Shown here piece after piece: positions 23,829-37,600 of a stretch of DNA of 64,000 bases. Position 1 is the stretch's first letter, and each line of letters opens with the position of its first letter. The notes beneath the pieces are model-generated. The model ran no database searches, had not been told where the DNA came from, and saw only the letters and a program-made list of their open reading frames with translations. The stretch is taken from positions 111,972,001 to 112,036,000 of the forward strand of contig JBITNC010000001.1 of assembly GCA_050084985.1 (NCBI GenBank), written 5' to 3'. Source of the stretch: Nageia nagi. Lineage: Eukaryota; Plantae; Pinophyta. Both the position numbers and the translations under genes were made by a program.

Positions 23829-26000
23829 CTAGCTATTGCAATCGAGTGCAATGGGTACACATTAGAAAAATATATTTTTTTGATAAATAATTTATAATTA
23901 TTGTTTGACAAATATTAATTTTTTTTCTAAATGTAAACAACCAAAATAAGTAGAGCATTCCATAAATTTTGAAATTTATAGTTTTGAATACAATTAAACT
24001 CAAGAAATTAACATTTATTTTAGTTTTTTGCATTTTATTATTAATGTAGTTAGTAATGAACATCATTAGCCTCTACATTGGCAAGTCATTCTACCTAGAA
24101 ATCATGCATCATGTGATAAGTTTCCCTCAAGGCCCTCTCATACGCCTCCTTTAAATCCCCAAATGTGGAATAAGATGGTATTGTTACCAAGTCAGGAGAT
24201 GGTGTTGACTTAGCATTGAATCTACACATGATTCGAAGAATCTGATCATCATTAAAACAACATTGATTAGTGGAATCCCTCCTCATTATCTCTCCTCTGT
24301 AATTTATAATATAGTATAAAAAGATAATGTTTATAGATTGAAATGAAATAACACCATTTTTATAATTATCAATGTTAATTCCATCATTCATGGATTTATG
24401 ATAGCAAGTAAATTTAAAACTCTAAAACATCAAACACCATTTTACCATAACTATAATAGTAAAAGAAATTCTTTATTTTTTCACGTAACTAGTAACATAA
24501 TAATTATGAAACAAAATGCATCCTTTTATAAATTGGCTAAAGAATATTTTTTGTGTTTCATAATTTATGATATACAATGAATTTTTTATGTGGAATTCAT
24601 GATTTTATAAATAATATAAATTTCATCATTTTATTAGCTATACAAATCTCATCAATAAATGATAATTTAGAATAGAAATGGGATGAAATTCACGAGTCTT
24701 TTTAGTGTGATTGGATTGGAGCATCTATGCCCAAAATGGACATCACGATTTAAAATTATAGAAGCACCTTTTATGATTATCTTACTCTTAATAAAGACAA
24801 CTCCCATTAAGTTCTATCAATAGTGTTTGATTCTATTTTAGTGCTTGAAGAATTAGTTATCTTGCATTCATTATCATGTGCATATGGTCTAGGAAGAAAG
24901 ATTGTAAATTCATATTAAATGTATGATTAGGTGCCAACATCATCATCACCAGTGCCCTCTATTTTCATCTATAAATAAAATTCAGAGCTCGATAATTCTT
25001 TTTAGCTATGTCCACTAGGAATTTAGGTTTGGGCAATATGGATCAAGTAAACTAGTTTCATTCTTCAACATTAAAGTAATAATGTTTATCTTATGCAAGT
25101 AAGCTCAAGATTAAGATAAATGAGTCAAATGATACATTAAAAAATTAATTATAAAACTAGCAAACATGAGGAGATACAATTAAAACTTTCCATTAGAGAC
25201 ATATGAAATCTTCACTATCATGTTGTACTTGCTTTCCAACTAAATAAGTTGGAAATAAGTGTGCTTATAAAATTTCTATCTCCTTTCCAAGGATATGATG
25301 ATACAGTTGAATTATTCAATTTGGAGAACATAAAGCAACTAGAAATTATTGGATCATAATACCTAGCTTTGAGCATGGTACAAATTTGATCCCTTAGATC
25401 CATAATTTGATTGCTAGGTGCATACTTAAACCTTTATCTCTTTCATTCACACATAGAACATGGTTAAAACCATTAGTGTGAATCATTACATGCAATAGAT
25501 GCATATACATAACTAAAATGCCCTCATTGAAACCTCCCTCTCCCTCCTCTAGTATGATAAAGTGATACCTTTTCTTATATACCAAATTACAGCTTCATCC
25601 ATATTATATATATTTATTCCTCACCTATGCAATAGTAGTTATCATGTTATAGGAAATGAGCCTTTCCTATCATCTCTTGAATGATAAGGAGTGAAATTTG
25701 ATCATACAATTGATTGTCATTAATCTAGAGTGCTAAGAACTAGGTCGACATATTTTCAAGATCTTGAGGCTCCCATTTGATAAAATCATATAAGTAATAA
25801 TGAATATTATCCTAAAATAGGAAATCAAAATCTATAGGGCATCTTGAGTCCCTTAACATCTAAAATCTATACAAAATTTGACTTTCTTCTCATTTCCTCT
25901 TCTTCTTACTGTTACTTTGATCAATAGGCATTTTCAATGACCTTGAGATCCCATGATTGAATTTGGCTACATTTTTCAAACATCAATACATCATCTAAAG
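23829..26000 (-). mobile_element. Helitron (3' end at 23829) probably carrying an MS1/MMD1-like gene; 5' end not located
   Basis: Minus strand CCCATTGCACTCGATTGCAATAGCTAG|T shows a hairpin (ATTGCA..TGCAAT) plus CTAG, nearly identical to the terminus at 52101-52127. Confidence 0.65.
24060..25954 (-). pseudogene. Decayed MALE STERILITY1/MMD1(DUET)-family gene lacking the C-terminal PHD finger
   Basis: Collinear remnants F*DNI...LLIIQE, KKRYHFII, HLLHVMIHTNGFNHVLCVN (family HLLHG.IH.NGFGHLLC.N), MDLRDQICTMLKAR (MDLWDRIC..LRAR) and DDQILRIMCR...PSPDLVTIPSYSTFGDLKEAYERALRETY (PP.ELV..P..AT.G.LK...E.ALRDTY). Confidence 0.8.
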
Positions 26001-27519
26001 CTTCATATAAAAGTGAGGATTTTGCAATGGTGAAAGGCATAAGGATTGGGGTGAGAAATGCCTTTAAATAATGAGTGTAGGGAAGTAAAAACTATGAACT
26101 TGTAGAAAATTCTATATACAAAGCTAAAATCTTCCCAACATAAGGTTCAAGCACCATTTTATGGTCTATTTGTCATTCAAGTTATACAAATAAGATTGTC
26201 TCCTTTGTGTATGTCATCAATATGCTAACTACCTTGTAGTTACTTTCCTACGATATAGTATGGCAACTTCCTATAACTAAAAAATGTTGTAGTATAGTGT
26301 TATCCTATATTTTGACATGAGAGGGATTAATTGATTAGTGGTGTAAGGAGTGGGTGTTTTTGTTGGTAGGTATTTGGTAAACTCCCAACATTATAGTCCA
26401 TTAGGTTGTCTTTATTCTACAAGAGAAGAAATATATCCTCAATACAAACTGCACACTTGTATAGTAAATCAATGAATCAACTGTAATTAATCAATGAACA
26501 TGGTCAGACAACCATCAACAACCATTGATCAAAATTTGTTCTCCTCACTTACAAAGGGAGATGCCTACTATGTAATTAAGTTTTTAGTCAACATTAAAGG
26601 ATTATTCCCACCACTCATTTATCATAAACTTTATGTCATTTAATATTTGGGGTATAATGGAACATATCCACAAGTAAAACCTAGATTAGATCATCATGGA
26701 ATTTATATCCAACCATGGGATTTGTTAATGTTGGTTACTATAAAGAAGTGAATTTATATATTTTAATCAAGCTTTTTGTTATGTTTTTCTCTTTCCTACG
26801 TCATTTTTTCCATACTTATAATACCTAAGTTTGAGGCATTGATAATATTTCTCTGTATGACATCCTTCATTCCTACTTGAATAACTATCAAGCCAATATC
26901 TCCTCTAATATTCTCTAAGTGACTTTGGTTATTATAGTTTACATTCTACTAATTTCAAATTTTTTATGGGTGAATGTAAGAACTTAGGTCCATTAAAAGT
27001 GGACATTTTTCTAGTTAGAAAAAGAGGATATGAACAATATCCCTTTATTAAAAGATAGGGATTTCATTTCAATTCAGATCCCTAAGCTAAATACCAAATC
27101 TCATTATTTATAATGAAATATCATTCTTCATAACATAATCCCATTCCTAAAAAATTTAAACTCATTTAAAAATATTGTTATAAAATAAAATTCAGCTATA
27201 AATTGAAATCTCCTTCCTAATGAGATTTTGTTTCATAATGAAATCCTATTTTTTAAATATACATCAAATTTTGGCTTGGGAAAGACATGGGATGATAATC
27301 CTCTACCTAGAACTTACAAGTACATGTTCATTTTAATTGTGATGAAAAATCATGACTTTTCATGTATGTTTGATAGAGTTTTTGGTAGAATTATTTCATA
27401 AAATTACAAATTATTATAGATGAGAGTGAAGATTTTAAATATGTAGCTTATTTTATAATTAAATTAAATTTTGTTTTTTCATTTAATTTTAAATAAAACT
27501 CCTTTATAAACTTGAAAAG

Positions 27520-28080
27520 TTAGGTTCTCTTTTTTTTATATATAGCTATTTAATTTTGAGAACTATGAAAAATAATTTATGAGAATAATCTAAATTACTT
27601 GTATATTGAGTAAAAAATAAAAAGGATAAGTTTAGATCACATTATGTGTGCTTTACATGAGCACTTTTCAAAATAATAATTAGGGCAAGTAAAAAATTAA
27701 TAAAAGATAAAATATTGATTAAATATTTATGAAAAATATCCTAGATAATATTTAAAGGGTTACGTATATTTTCTCCAAAGGATTCTAAAACTTACTTTAA
27801 TTTATCTTAAATTATGTTGAGCATACACATGCATGGTATGGTCATGAAATGATAAATTTTAACCAATGGTTTTTATGCATGCCTATCAAAAATAAAGTTC
27901 TATCTTATGGGTATTGGAATAAACTATATATTTAAAAACTACACTTCAAGTACTACATTTTTCTCATTAATTATTTCAAGATTTCATGTTTAAGTGCTTC
28001 AAATTTTGAGATCAATTATGATTAAACATCAAAATTAAGAAAAAATGTCCACTTTTAGGTCATAATGTGGTACCAAATCT
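27520..28080 (+). repeat. Dispersed ~0.55-kb non-coding repeat (probable non-autonomous DNA transposon), copy 1
   Basis: Aligns to the reverse complement of 43105-43680, e.g. GTGCTTCAAATT(T/G)TGAGATCAATT and GTATGGTC(A/T)TGAAAT. Confidence 0.75.
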
Positions 28081-28559
28081 TTGCACTAACCCTATTTCAA
28101 TGCATATTCTAATATGTTGCAATATTCTAATTTATATTTATCTCTCCATCCCTTATTTTTTGTTTATTATCTAACATAATTTTAATATGATGAAATTATT
28201 ACAAGGAAGGAATCATCTCCTTCCTATATGGTGGTATGTGGGGAAATAGAAGCCTCAATTTTGATAAACAACTAAGTTAGTTTTCTTTAACTTGAGTACA
28301 TTCTTTATATCTTCTTTAGTTAATAATTATTGGTTTTATTAGATAAATAGGAAATTAGGGTACAATATATTAATGAAGTGATTGGATAGTACCCTATTTT
28401 TATTTTTATCAATCTTTTCTTTTTGATTCACACATTAGAGAAATTATATCCCTCTTTATTTTAAATATTCTAAATGTCATTATTTTTTAGTACTCACCTA
28501 CTTCATTTCAAATTTAGGCATATTCTTTTTCTTCATAATTATTTTTATTACAAACAATA

Positions 28560-29750
28560 AGGCACTAGTTCGAGTGCTAAATAAATTATCAGAGCTCTTC
28601 AAGGCCCTAAATCTTGGAAAGTTCTTCTCAAGTACTATATTTCTCAAGGGTTTACCCTAGGTAAAAAAGCTTGATAAAGCATGGAGTTACACTCTGTATT
28701 TATGGTCCCTATTGAGATCTAATTTGTTCATTATTTTATCTATAAAAGTATTTTGAAAGCATGGGAGGCTAACAAATCATGTCTTACTTAGAAAGAATGT
28801 GTACTAAAGAAAAAGGAGTTTCTCTTGCTCACCTTAATCTTTGGAGTTTATATAGCCATTAAGTTTTAGAATATGCCTCTAGTTAACACTTAATAGATTT
28901 AGGCTAAACACTTTTTCTTAATAGGCATTTATTCTATTCAAGACTTCTAAAACCAGGCTTCAAAGAGTTGGCTTCCTTGGGAAGTTTTTAAGCAAAAATA
29001 TACTTTGAATCATGAGGATAAAGTCTCTAATGATATGGTGCTTCATTGCATGCCTTTCTCTCTTTGGCATGAGTTGTTCAACACTCGAAGTGACCTTAGT
29101 GGATAGAATCAAAATGGATTAAAGATGTTCCTATTTCTTCTTACCATATTAAGCATAAATACAGTCACCTTTCACCTAACTTACCAATCATCCCCAAATA
29201 AGCATTCTTTCTCTAGAGATATCAATTTAAAATGATATGGGCCAAGTATGTTGAACCCAAATAAGCATTCTTTCTCTAGAGCCTAATTTTTTAAAGTCTC
29301 CTGGTGGGTAATAGCTTAAAGCATTTGGATGTGGATAATTATTTATATATATTTTGTAGATTAGAAGAGAATGTCATGCACATATTCTAGTGTTGCAACA
29401 ATTCCCAAAATATTTGATCTTGAATGGAATCCTTTTTCCACCCATACCTTAAGTAACAACTAACACAGCTTCATAATATCTTAAGAGATCCTCCTTATTT
29501 CTCTAAAGCGGTTGAGGATGTTTAGGTTATGCTCAAAATTAGAATTTTATTTCATATTTGGAAAGAAAAAAATGGTGTTTTCATAGAAACTTTCAATGGT
29601 GGACTTTTATGTTGCTAACAAGCTCACTATTTCTCATGATATTTGGTTATAGATCAATGACAAGGTCAATAAGGTTGCACTAAAAGTGAAACACCTTTAG
29701 GAGCTTCTATTTTATTAGGGTAATGCCCCTACTTTGTTAGTCAGATCGCT
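28560..29750 (+). mobile_element. Old 5'-truncated L1 LINE relic (ORF2 C-terminal part), related to 33216-38799
   Basis: TAAAAGTATTTTGAAAGCATGGGAGGC at ~28743 versus TAAAAGTATATGGAAAGCTTGGGAGGC at ~37498, with further collinear similarity to 37300-38400. Confidence 0.7.
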
Positions 29751-31020
29751 CCACTACATGAATGCTCAAAGCATTCAAGATCAAGGCAACATCATCACTC
29801 ACCCCCTCAAGAGTAGGATCGATGCTTGCATTATTGTATGTTGCAAAAAGGCAAGGATGATAGAGCCATATTTTGGCCACATCCAAGAAAGACTCATGGA
29901 TGGGTTAATCACCCAAACTCCCCTCATCCTCAATAAAGGTGGGAGAATTGCTCGAACACTTCTCCCCTTAATGATGATTTGAGGAACAGATGGATGATGA
30001 TGGTAGCAGATGACATGATAATTCTAGTGGTTGTTCATAGCCACATGTTACAACAATAAATGAAGAAGAGGTAGTGATAAAGGGGTGGGTGGTAATATCT
30101 TTTAATGCTATTCCCCTAACAAACAATGTAGATCGAATTTGTTGAGAGATTTGGAAAATAATTGATGGGAATCATTAGTCATTTATACCGCCAAATATCT
30201 ATAAATATAGCTAAGATATAATCAAGGATGATTTTGCTATTAATGAAGATAATGTGTTAAATGCATTTATGTGTCCATAATGCACTAGCAGTTACTAGTA
30301 GATTATGGCTCAGATCTTTATTTAATAAATGTCAAACTATCCCTAGTTTTTCTTATTTATGTTTCCATTGGTAAGTTATCATGTCTAATGATTTTTTTTT
30401 CCATTTTTCTTGCCATCTGTTACACAGTATGACATGTAGTTGGTGATGTGTTGAAATGTGACTAGTATTGTGCTCGACACATAGAGTGTGACTTTTTCCA
30501 ACAAACACCTTTTTATATGATTTAAATTTTGTTTTTAATACAAACCAAATAAAAAAAAATTATAAATAACATCTCACCAATTTTTTTTAAAATTAGAAAC
30601 CTTATTTAATATGTATATAAATCATATGATATCTTGCAATCTTCTACATTCATCTTTTAAGACAAAGGTGAACTAGTAAACTCCTTAAAATAATTTGATT
30701 AACATCAAAATTAAATTTCTGTATTATACGTGATCTCATGAAAGCCTGTAAAATGAAGAAAAAAATTATTTAAATAAAAAATAAAGTCAAATTAAATTTT
30801 AATTTGATTTTCAAAATTATAATAAAATTTACGTAATAAATCAAATATGATACATAAATTAACTTTTCTTTTTGTACATAATTTCAATTTGAAATATATT
30901 TTAGATCAAATTATTTAATATCATCCTAACCTAAATTATTAATATCCTGCATAAATGCATAATCTTAAATTAATATCTTATTATTTCTTAAATATAACTT
31001 ACAAAAATAAATTGATATAT

Positions 31021-31092
31021 AGACAAGTTGAAGATGAATAGTTGAAACTCTCAATAAATGAGAGACTTAAGTTCATATCTCTCGGCTGCCAA
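31021..31092 (+). repeat. Short tRNA/SINE-head-like repeat, copy 1
   Basis: TAGTTGAAACTCTCAATAAATGAGAGACTTAAGTTCATATCTC is similar to 44915-44957. It has a B-box-like AGTTCA in a GAGA..TCTC stem. Confidence 0.45.
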
Positions 31093-31565
31093 AATTCATG
31101 ATTATATCCTCGATCAAGAGAGTAGCTTTCTAATCAAAATATAATATACAATTTTGTTTTGCTTAAAATTTGATCATTTTCTGTATTACGTTGATTTGTC
31201 TTCGAATATCGACTGAATTGTTTCATTTGAATCGCTCTTCCACTTCCACAAGTAATTTTTGTCACCCCATCCCCTCCCGCGAGGCCGGCCACACGTTGTC
31301 GTCTTCTAAATGGACGAAATCTTGAATCATTAGGAAGCTTACTCCATTGTTGTAACCCAAACGACATTTATCACTTTCCGCCGGACCAACATTTGCTTTC
31401 ATTTTCCATCCATATGGAGAAACCGCGGAATTAATTTGTAGCTTACACGCAGCCGAAAGATCCTTTAAATTAGCACAATCATTTAAAGGCACAGTTTCTC
31501 CGTACTGAGTTATTCATGCCATTAGTCTTATTCTCTTGTGTCGTGGGATTGCACTATTCTCCACC

Positions 31566-32783
31566 ATGGCTTTATCACTCCAATCCCTTTCGGAATGTGA
31601 AGTTGATCTACCTGTCATTGACATTTCACAACTTCATGCCTTTAACATCGACGGTGGAGGACTCGATCACCTTGGAGATCATGCTTTAATTAGCACAGTT
31701 AGAAAAGGCTGCAAAGAATGAGGATTTTTCCGTGTAGTAAACCATGGAATTCCATAGGACATTCTCCAAAACCTGGAGTCCGTTATCCGTGAACTATTTC
31801 CCATGCCGATGAAGGCTAAAAAGAAAGCCGTTACTTTTAATCCGTTCGAGAGCTACCATCGAGCCCCTACTTTCGAGATTTTCAGCATCCTCGATTCGTC
31901 CAATCCGTCATCCATACAAGAAATGTCTCGAAAGATATGGCCTGCTGAAGAGAAGTCTAGGTTCTGGTACGTTATCCACCTCCCCTGATACATTGCGACA
32001 AAAATGTTGCATTTTAATGAATCATTTGGTGTTTTGTGACGGTAGAACAACATCCTGTTTAAAACTTCCAATAAAAATGTTGCATTATAAGGAATTTTGG
32101 AGTGTAAGTATTGTGACAGTGTCACCATGGAAATGTACATGCCATGTTTGTGGCGGACATGACACGGAAACTCCTAAAGCTGATCATTGCAAGTCTGGGT
32201 CTGGATGTTAAAACCTTTTACAAGTCAGATTTCGAAAACGGCTAATCCTACATGCGAATAATACATTATCCATCTGAGGCTAAATTAATGGACAACGTGC
32301 GACTCCTATCTCATGCAGATATGGGTTGCATGACGATTCTTTACCAAGATAATTGCGGAGGCCTTCAGATTCTGTCAAACAAAGGGAACTGGTATAATGC
32401 CAAGCCTCAGTTCAACTCACTGATAATAAACCTTGGGGACTCCCTCAAGGTAAGAGATCCTACATGGACGGCCATAAATGTGTAATAATATTAAATTATT
32501 TTTGTTAAGTTCTGGGTTGTTGTGATTGCAGGTATGGACCAATGGTAGGTATCGGAGCGCACATCACAGGGTTGTAAGTAAAGAGTGGAAGGATCGTGTT
32601 TCTATCGGAGCGTTTTGGCACTTTCCAGAAGAGGTTGAAACTTCGGCTCCTGCGGAGCTTGTGGATGAGGACCATCCTCGATGATACAGGCCTTTTAAGT
32701 TTTCAGCTTTCAAACACCAATATTATGAAAATCAGGAAATTAAAATGAGAACTTCACTTATTGATACCTTTGCAAGCCATTAG
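31566..32783 (+). pseudogene. 2OG-Fe(II) dioxygenase pseudogene 2 (exons 31566-31966, 32120-32449, 32532-32783)
   Basis: DLPVIDIS, GFFRVVNHG, HAD, GGLQI, IINLGDSLK, NGRYRSAHHRV, RVS. Stops at 31719 (TGG>TGA), 31755, 32243 and 32682 (CGA>TGA), plus a frameshift near 32147. Confidence 0.93.
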
Positions 32784-33455
32784 AGAAACGGGCGTTTATG
32801 ATATGTAAACGCCTAATAGACTATTTCAAATAGCTTGTCGAAAAACGTCTAATAGACTAATAATAAAGTTTTTGAACGTTTTCGTAGAATTTTTGCTAAG
32901 CGAAGAGAAGAGTTCGTCCTTGTCATCAACTTCTAATGATCATTGTTAGGGAAGCATATCTATTTTTTATGATAATTTCTGAACAGTTTTTTATTTATGG
33001 TTGTCATCATTGTACAATAATAATGTGTAGAGTAATTATGTTTGTACATTCTTGTTACAATTATTTTCTTACGTGCTTTAGTTATATTTAGAGGTTTATC
33101 TATAATCATAGACAAGTATCCTTAAGTTTGTATGAAAAATGATTGATTTCCTTTCAAATATATATTATAATGTTCCAAAAATATAGACTTACTTATAAAT
33201 AAATATATTCAAGTAAGTGAATGATACATATGGGTAAAAGGTAAAAAGAGTGGAACACGGGGAGCTCTGGCTACTAGGGTTTGGAGCGCTGCTGCCACCT
33301 GCATGTTCATGTTGTTTGGCCTTGGTTTTCATACTTTGCATTCATTTGGAATACTGCGGGATCTCTACATTAATTTGCATTGCTTGTAGTTGTCATTTCG
33401 CCACCTTTGGCGGTAGCTATTTGGGTTAAGAATGACCTCGATAGCGGTTGATGGT

Positions 33456-34600
33456 ATGAGTGATGGCGATCGAGAAACATCTAAGGAAAGTCCTTCTGAA
33501 GGTCAAGTATGAGGTACCTCTTCTATTCCTAAGCTTTTGGTTCCTGTAAGTGAGTTCAATGCTGCATGTCAGTGCTTTGAGTCTCATATCCTGGTTGGGT
33601 ACTTTCTGGGTCGTATTCCTAATGATTCTATGCTGCGTACTTGGGTTCAACAGGTTTGGGGCCCATATGGTATTAAAGTAGAGAATGTCCGTAATTTGAC
33701 TAAGGGTTTTTGTCTCTTTCATTTTGCTGAAGTCTCTCAGGCACAGAAAGCCTTGTCTAAATAACCTTGGACAATTCGAAATTCCCTATTAATCCTTCAA
33801 CCTTGTAATAGCCAGTTCTCTGTAGAACAAAATTCTGCAACAGAAGTACCTGTTTGGATTGAGTTTCCAAACCTCCCTATTCCTATGTGGAGTTTTCTTA
33901 AACCCATGGCTGAGCAAATTGGAACTTTTGTATGTTATGAGCCTGAACATTTTTTCTCAGCTTGGCCTTCTTGTTCTGTTTGTGTTAGAATTGATATCAC
34001 CAAGGACAGGCCAGAAGAAATTGAAATTGTTATTGGAAATGAATCTCTTATGCAAAAAGTTCAGTATATTGGGTTACCTGACACATGTTTTCATTGTCAA
34101 TCTTCCCTTCACAAGATTAGGGATTGGCCTCTCATGGCAAGCTAGCATAAAGCAAAATCACCTGTCTCTATGGAGAAACCTAGTGCATCAACTCAAAATC
34201 CTCCTAAAGGGGAGGAGGAATGGAAAATGGTTTCTAACCATCATAACCACCACTCTGTTCCATAAGAATCTAACACTCAACCATCCCACCCTGCTCCAAT
34301 TCCTTCCTCTGAAAGCCCTCCTGGTCCAGAAGTTACTATTATGAATCAAAACCCTCTTCCAATCAACCTATATATAATGAATGGTCAGGACCTTCTTTTG
34401 CTGCTATTGTTGCTACTCCGTATTCCTAGGGTACAGAAGGAATTTTTGGTCATAAAGTTGGTCGATCTTATAGTCCCCAAAGAGGAGCTTATGAAGGACC
34501 TTTGGAGAAAAAATGTTAGGTTGATGAGCAACTTAGAAAGGGTAATGCATTTGCAGTTTTACAGGACATGGGTTCCATGGGGGATGATATGGATCTTCAA
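33456..34600 (+). pseudogene. LINE ORF1 (DUF4283-like plus CCHC knuckle), disrupted
   Basis: LVGYFLGRIP...WVQQVWG...KGFCLFHF, VPVWIEFPNLP, YIGLPDTCFHCQSSLHKIRDW. Confidence 0.85.
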
Positions 34601-34617
34601 ACCCTACATAGTAACTC

Positions 34618-37600
34618 ATGATTTTTTTCTCATGGAATGTAAGAGGGTTGACAGACCCATCTCGTAAATATATGATCCGAGATGAGATTACTGATGTCAA
34701 TCTCTAGTTTGGTAGTGTTGATTTTGTTTGCCTTCAAGAATTTAAAATTACAAATTTTTTGTTACAATGCACCTGTAAGTTTCTCCGGTAGAGTGGTAGT
34801 TTTTTTCATACAAATCATGTTAATGGTTTTGGTGGTGCTGTCACTTTTATTTCCCAAAAATGGCAGTCACATATGGTTTCTTGGGGGGTGGACCCTTCAA
34901 ATTAGGCAGTTTGGACTTTGTTTGAGTTGCATGGTAAACCTTTCGGTCTTATTAATATTTATGCTTCAAATGATGCTCATGATAGGCAGTCTCTGTGGAG
35001 TTGGTTAGCTTTCTCCTTACCTCTTGCAACTTGGGTCTTATGTGGGGACTTTAATATGGTAGAAAAATTTGTTGATAAACAAAGTCATAACCCTTTTCGC
35101 TGGAATTTGGGTGAAATAGAAGCTTGGTTTTTTCTTAAAAATAAGCTTAGCCTATATGATTCAAATTCTACCTTCTCACTTGCAAATTTTCAAGAGTCTC
35201 ATTGGTTTACTTGGTCTAATTTACAAGCAGGAAATAATTGATTTTTGAAAAGGCTTAATAGAGCTATGCTTTCAGAATCAGATTCTTTTTATTTTTGAGA
35301 ATCTTATATCCCAATCTCCTCCTATTTATGTGGTGCCAGATACTACTCTATCTAATCATGCTCCAATAATGTTCAATATTAAATACAATCATATTCCTGA
35401 AAGAATCTTCAAACCTCAGTGGTATATGAACACTTCCTTATTGCCATGTCCCTCTATGAAAGAGCACATTTTTCGCATTTGGAATATTATCCCTCGGCCT
35501 CTTGGTGTGACTAGTTGGATCACTTGGTGGAATAATGCCATTTCAAGAACTACTAAAGTTCTTAGAACCATTGGAGAAGAGTTTGCTAAAAGGAGGTGTA
35601 AGTCCAACCTTGTCATTTGAACTGAATTTGCTAGAGCTTCTCGCTCTCTTGAGGCTGATCCCTTTAATATTACTCTTCAAGCTAATGTTGCAGCTCTCAT
35701 ACATGAAATTAGAAAAGCAAAATTTTATGTAGCTAAAGGAGCTCAGATTAAGTCTCGCTTGAAATGGCTTAAGGTGGGAGATAGAGTCTCAAAAGAGTTC
35801 TTCAAAAGATTGCACCCCCCTGCATACTACCTAATTTCAAGCTTTATAGCATGATGGTAACAGAATCACCAATTTCCCTGATATTATTCAAGCTTTTGTT
35901 CAACATTATGAGAAGGTTTTTGCTTCCCAACCTATTACTACAGCTAGCCAACAAGCTCTTAATGATTGCTACAATGTCATACCTTAGTAGTTGAATACTA
36001 TTCAGAGAGAGTTTTGTGATTGTCCTTTAACTTTAGAAGAGTTGAAACTTGCTTTGTCTGATATGGCTAATGAAAAAACTCCTGGTCTTGATGGTTTTTC
36101 ATGTGAATTCTATAAAATGTTTTGGGATATGGTTGGTCCTGATCTTTTACATGTGTATCAGGAAGCTATGCATACTAATTCTTTGAGAGCTTTAATCAAC
36201 AAAGGTAATATCAAATTCATCCCAAAATCTAGTGATCTAGAAATTATTACAAATTAGAGACCCATCACTCTGTTAAATGTTAGTTATAAAATCATTGCTA
36301 AAGCTTTAGCTCTTAAGCTTCATCCCCTGTTACCTCTCATTGTCTGACCAGAGCAAACTGGTTTTGTGCAAGGAAGATATATTCTTGATAATGTTATTGC
36401 TATCTGGGAAGGTATGCAATGGGCTCAATCTTCAGGACAAGATGCTCTTTTTATTAAAATTGACTTTGAAAAAGCCTATGATCATATTGAATGGAGGTTC
36501 ATTTTAGCCATGTTGTAGGCTCTTGGCTTTGGTCCTTATTTTATTAGATCTATCAATGTGTTGTTTAGAGATGCTTTTGCTATTTTAATAATGAATAATG
36601 CTCAGTCTCAGTCCATCCTGTTAGCTCGCTCTATACGACAAGGGTGTCCTTTAGCCCCTTCTCTTTTTATTTTAGCTGCTAAAGCTTTTAGCTATTTGTT
36701 AGCCTTTCAAGCCTCCCAAGGAATGATCAAAGGTATTACTTTGCCTCATTTAGATAAATCTCTTTTAAATGGACATTTTGCAGATGATTCTTTTCTTACT
36801 ATGGCAAAAGATGAGTAGTCTGTTAATATTGCACTTAAATGTTTAAACACTTTTTGCTTAGCTTCTGGATCTAGTATTCAATGGAATAAGACTTCTTGTT
36901 ATAGATAATCTTTTAAGGATATTCCTCAATGGATTATTAATTTTTCATGGAAATGGATTCAGCCAGGTGAAACATTTAAGTTTCTAGGTATCCCCTTTGC
37001 TTTTGAAGCCTCCCCTACTCAGCTATGGAAAGATGTAGTCCAAAAACTGGAAAAAAAGCTGGCCTACTGGTCCATAAAGAAACTTTCCCTTGCAAGAAAA
37101 TTTCAAATTTGTTCCAAGATATTAGCTTCCACCCATGTCTATTACTCCTCCTGTTGGGTGCCTGCTAAGTCTTGCTATAATAGGCTTGATCAACTGCTTA
37201 GGGATTTTATTTGGGCTTCAAATGCTCATAAAAGAGGCTTCCATCGGGTTGCTTGGGATTCTTGTTGCATGACCAGATCCATTGGAGGTATGGGAATGTT
37301 TAATTGTGAAAAACAGGGATTACTTTATGTGCCAAATGGGTTATTCAAGCTTTGGAAGGGGATGAGGCTTGGAAAATCCTAGTCAGACATTGCATATCAA
37401 TAGGTACTCCCCTTGGCAAAAGGGTTTGGAAAGGAATGAATTTTCATACAATTCTTACTACCCCTGTGCAGTTTAAAATAACTGGTTCTTTTGTTTTTAA
37501 AAGTATATGGAAAGCTTGGGAGGCCTTAAAGCCATGGTTGACATGGAAAGGATGTGATAAAAAGGCAGGTGCTTCTTGCTCTTCTTTAAATCTATGGGTT

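Noticed and set aside
31134-31492. Two minus-strand ORFs in a locally GC-richer patch
   Set aside because: No recognisable protein motif. The position fits the promoter region of 2OGD copy 2.
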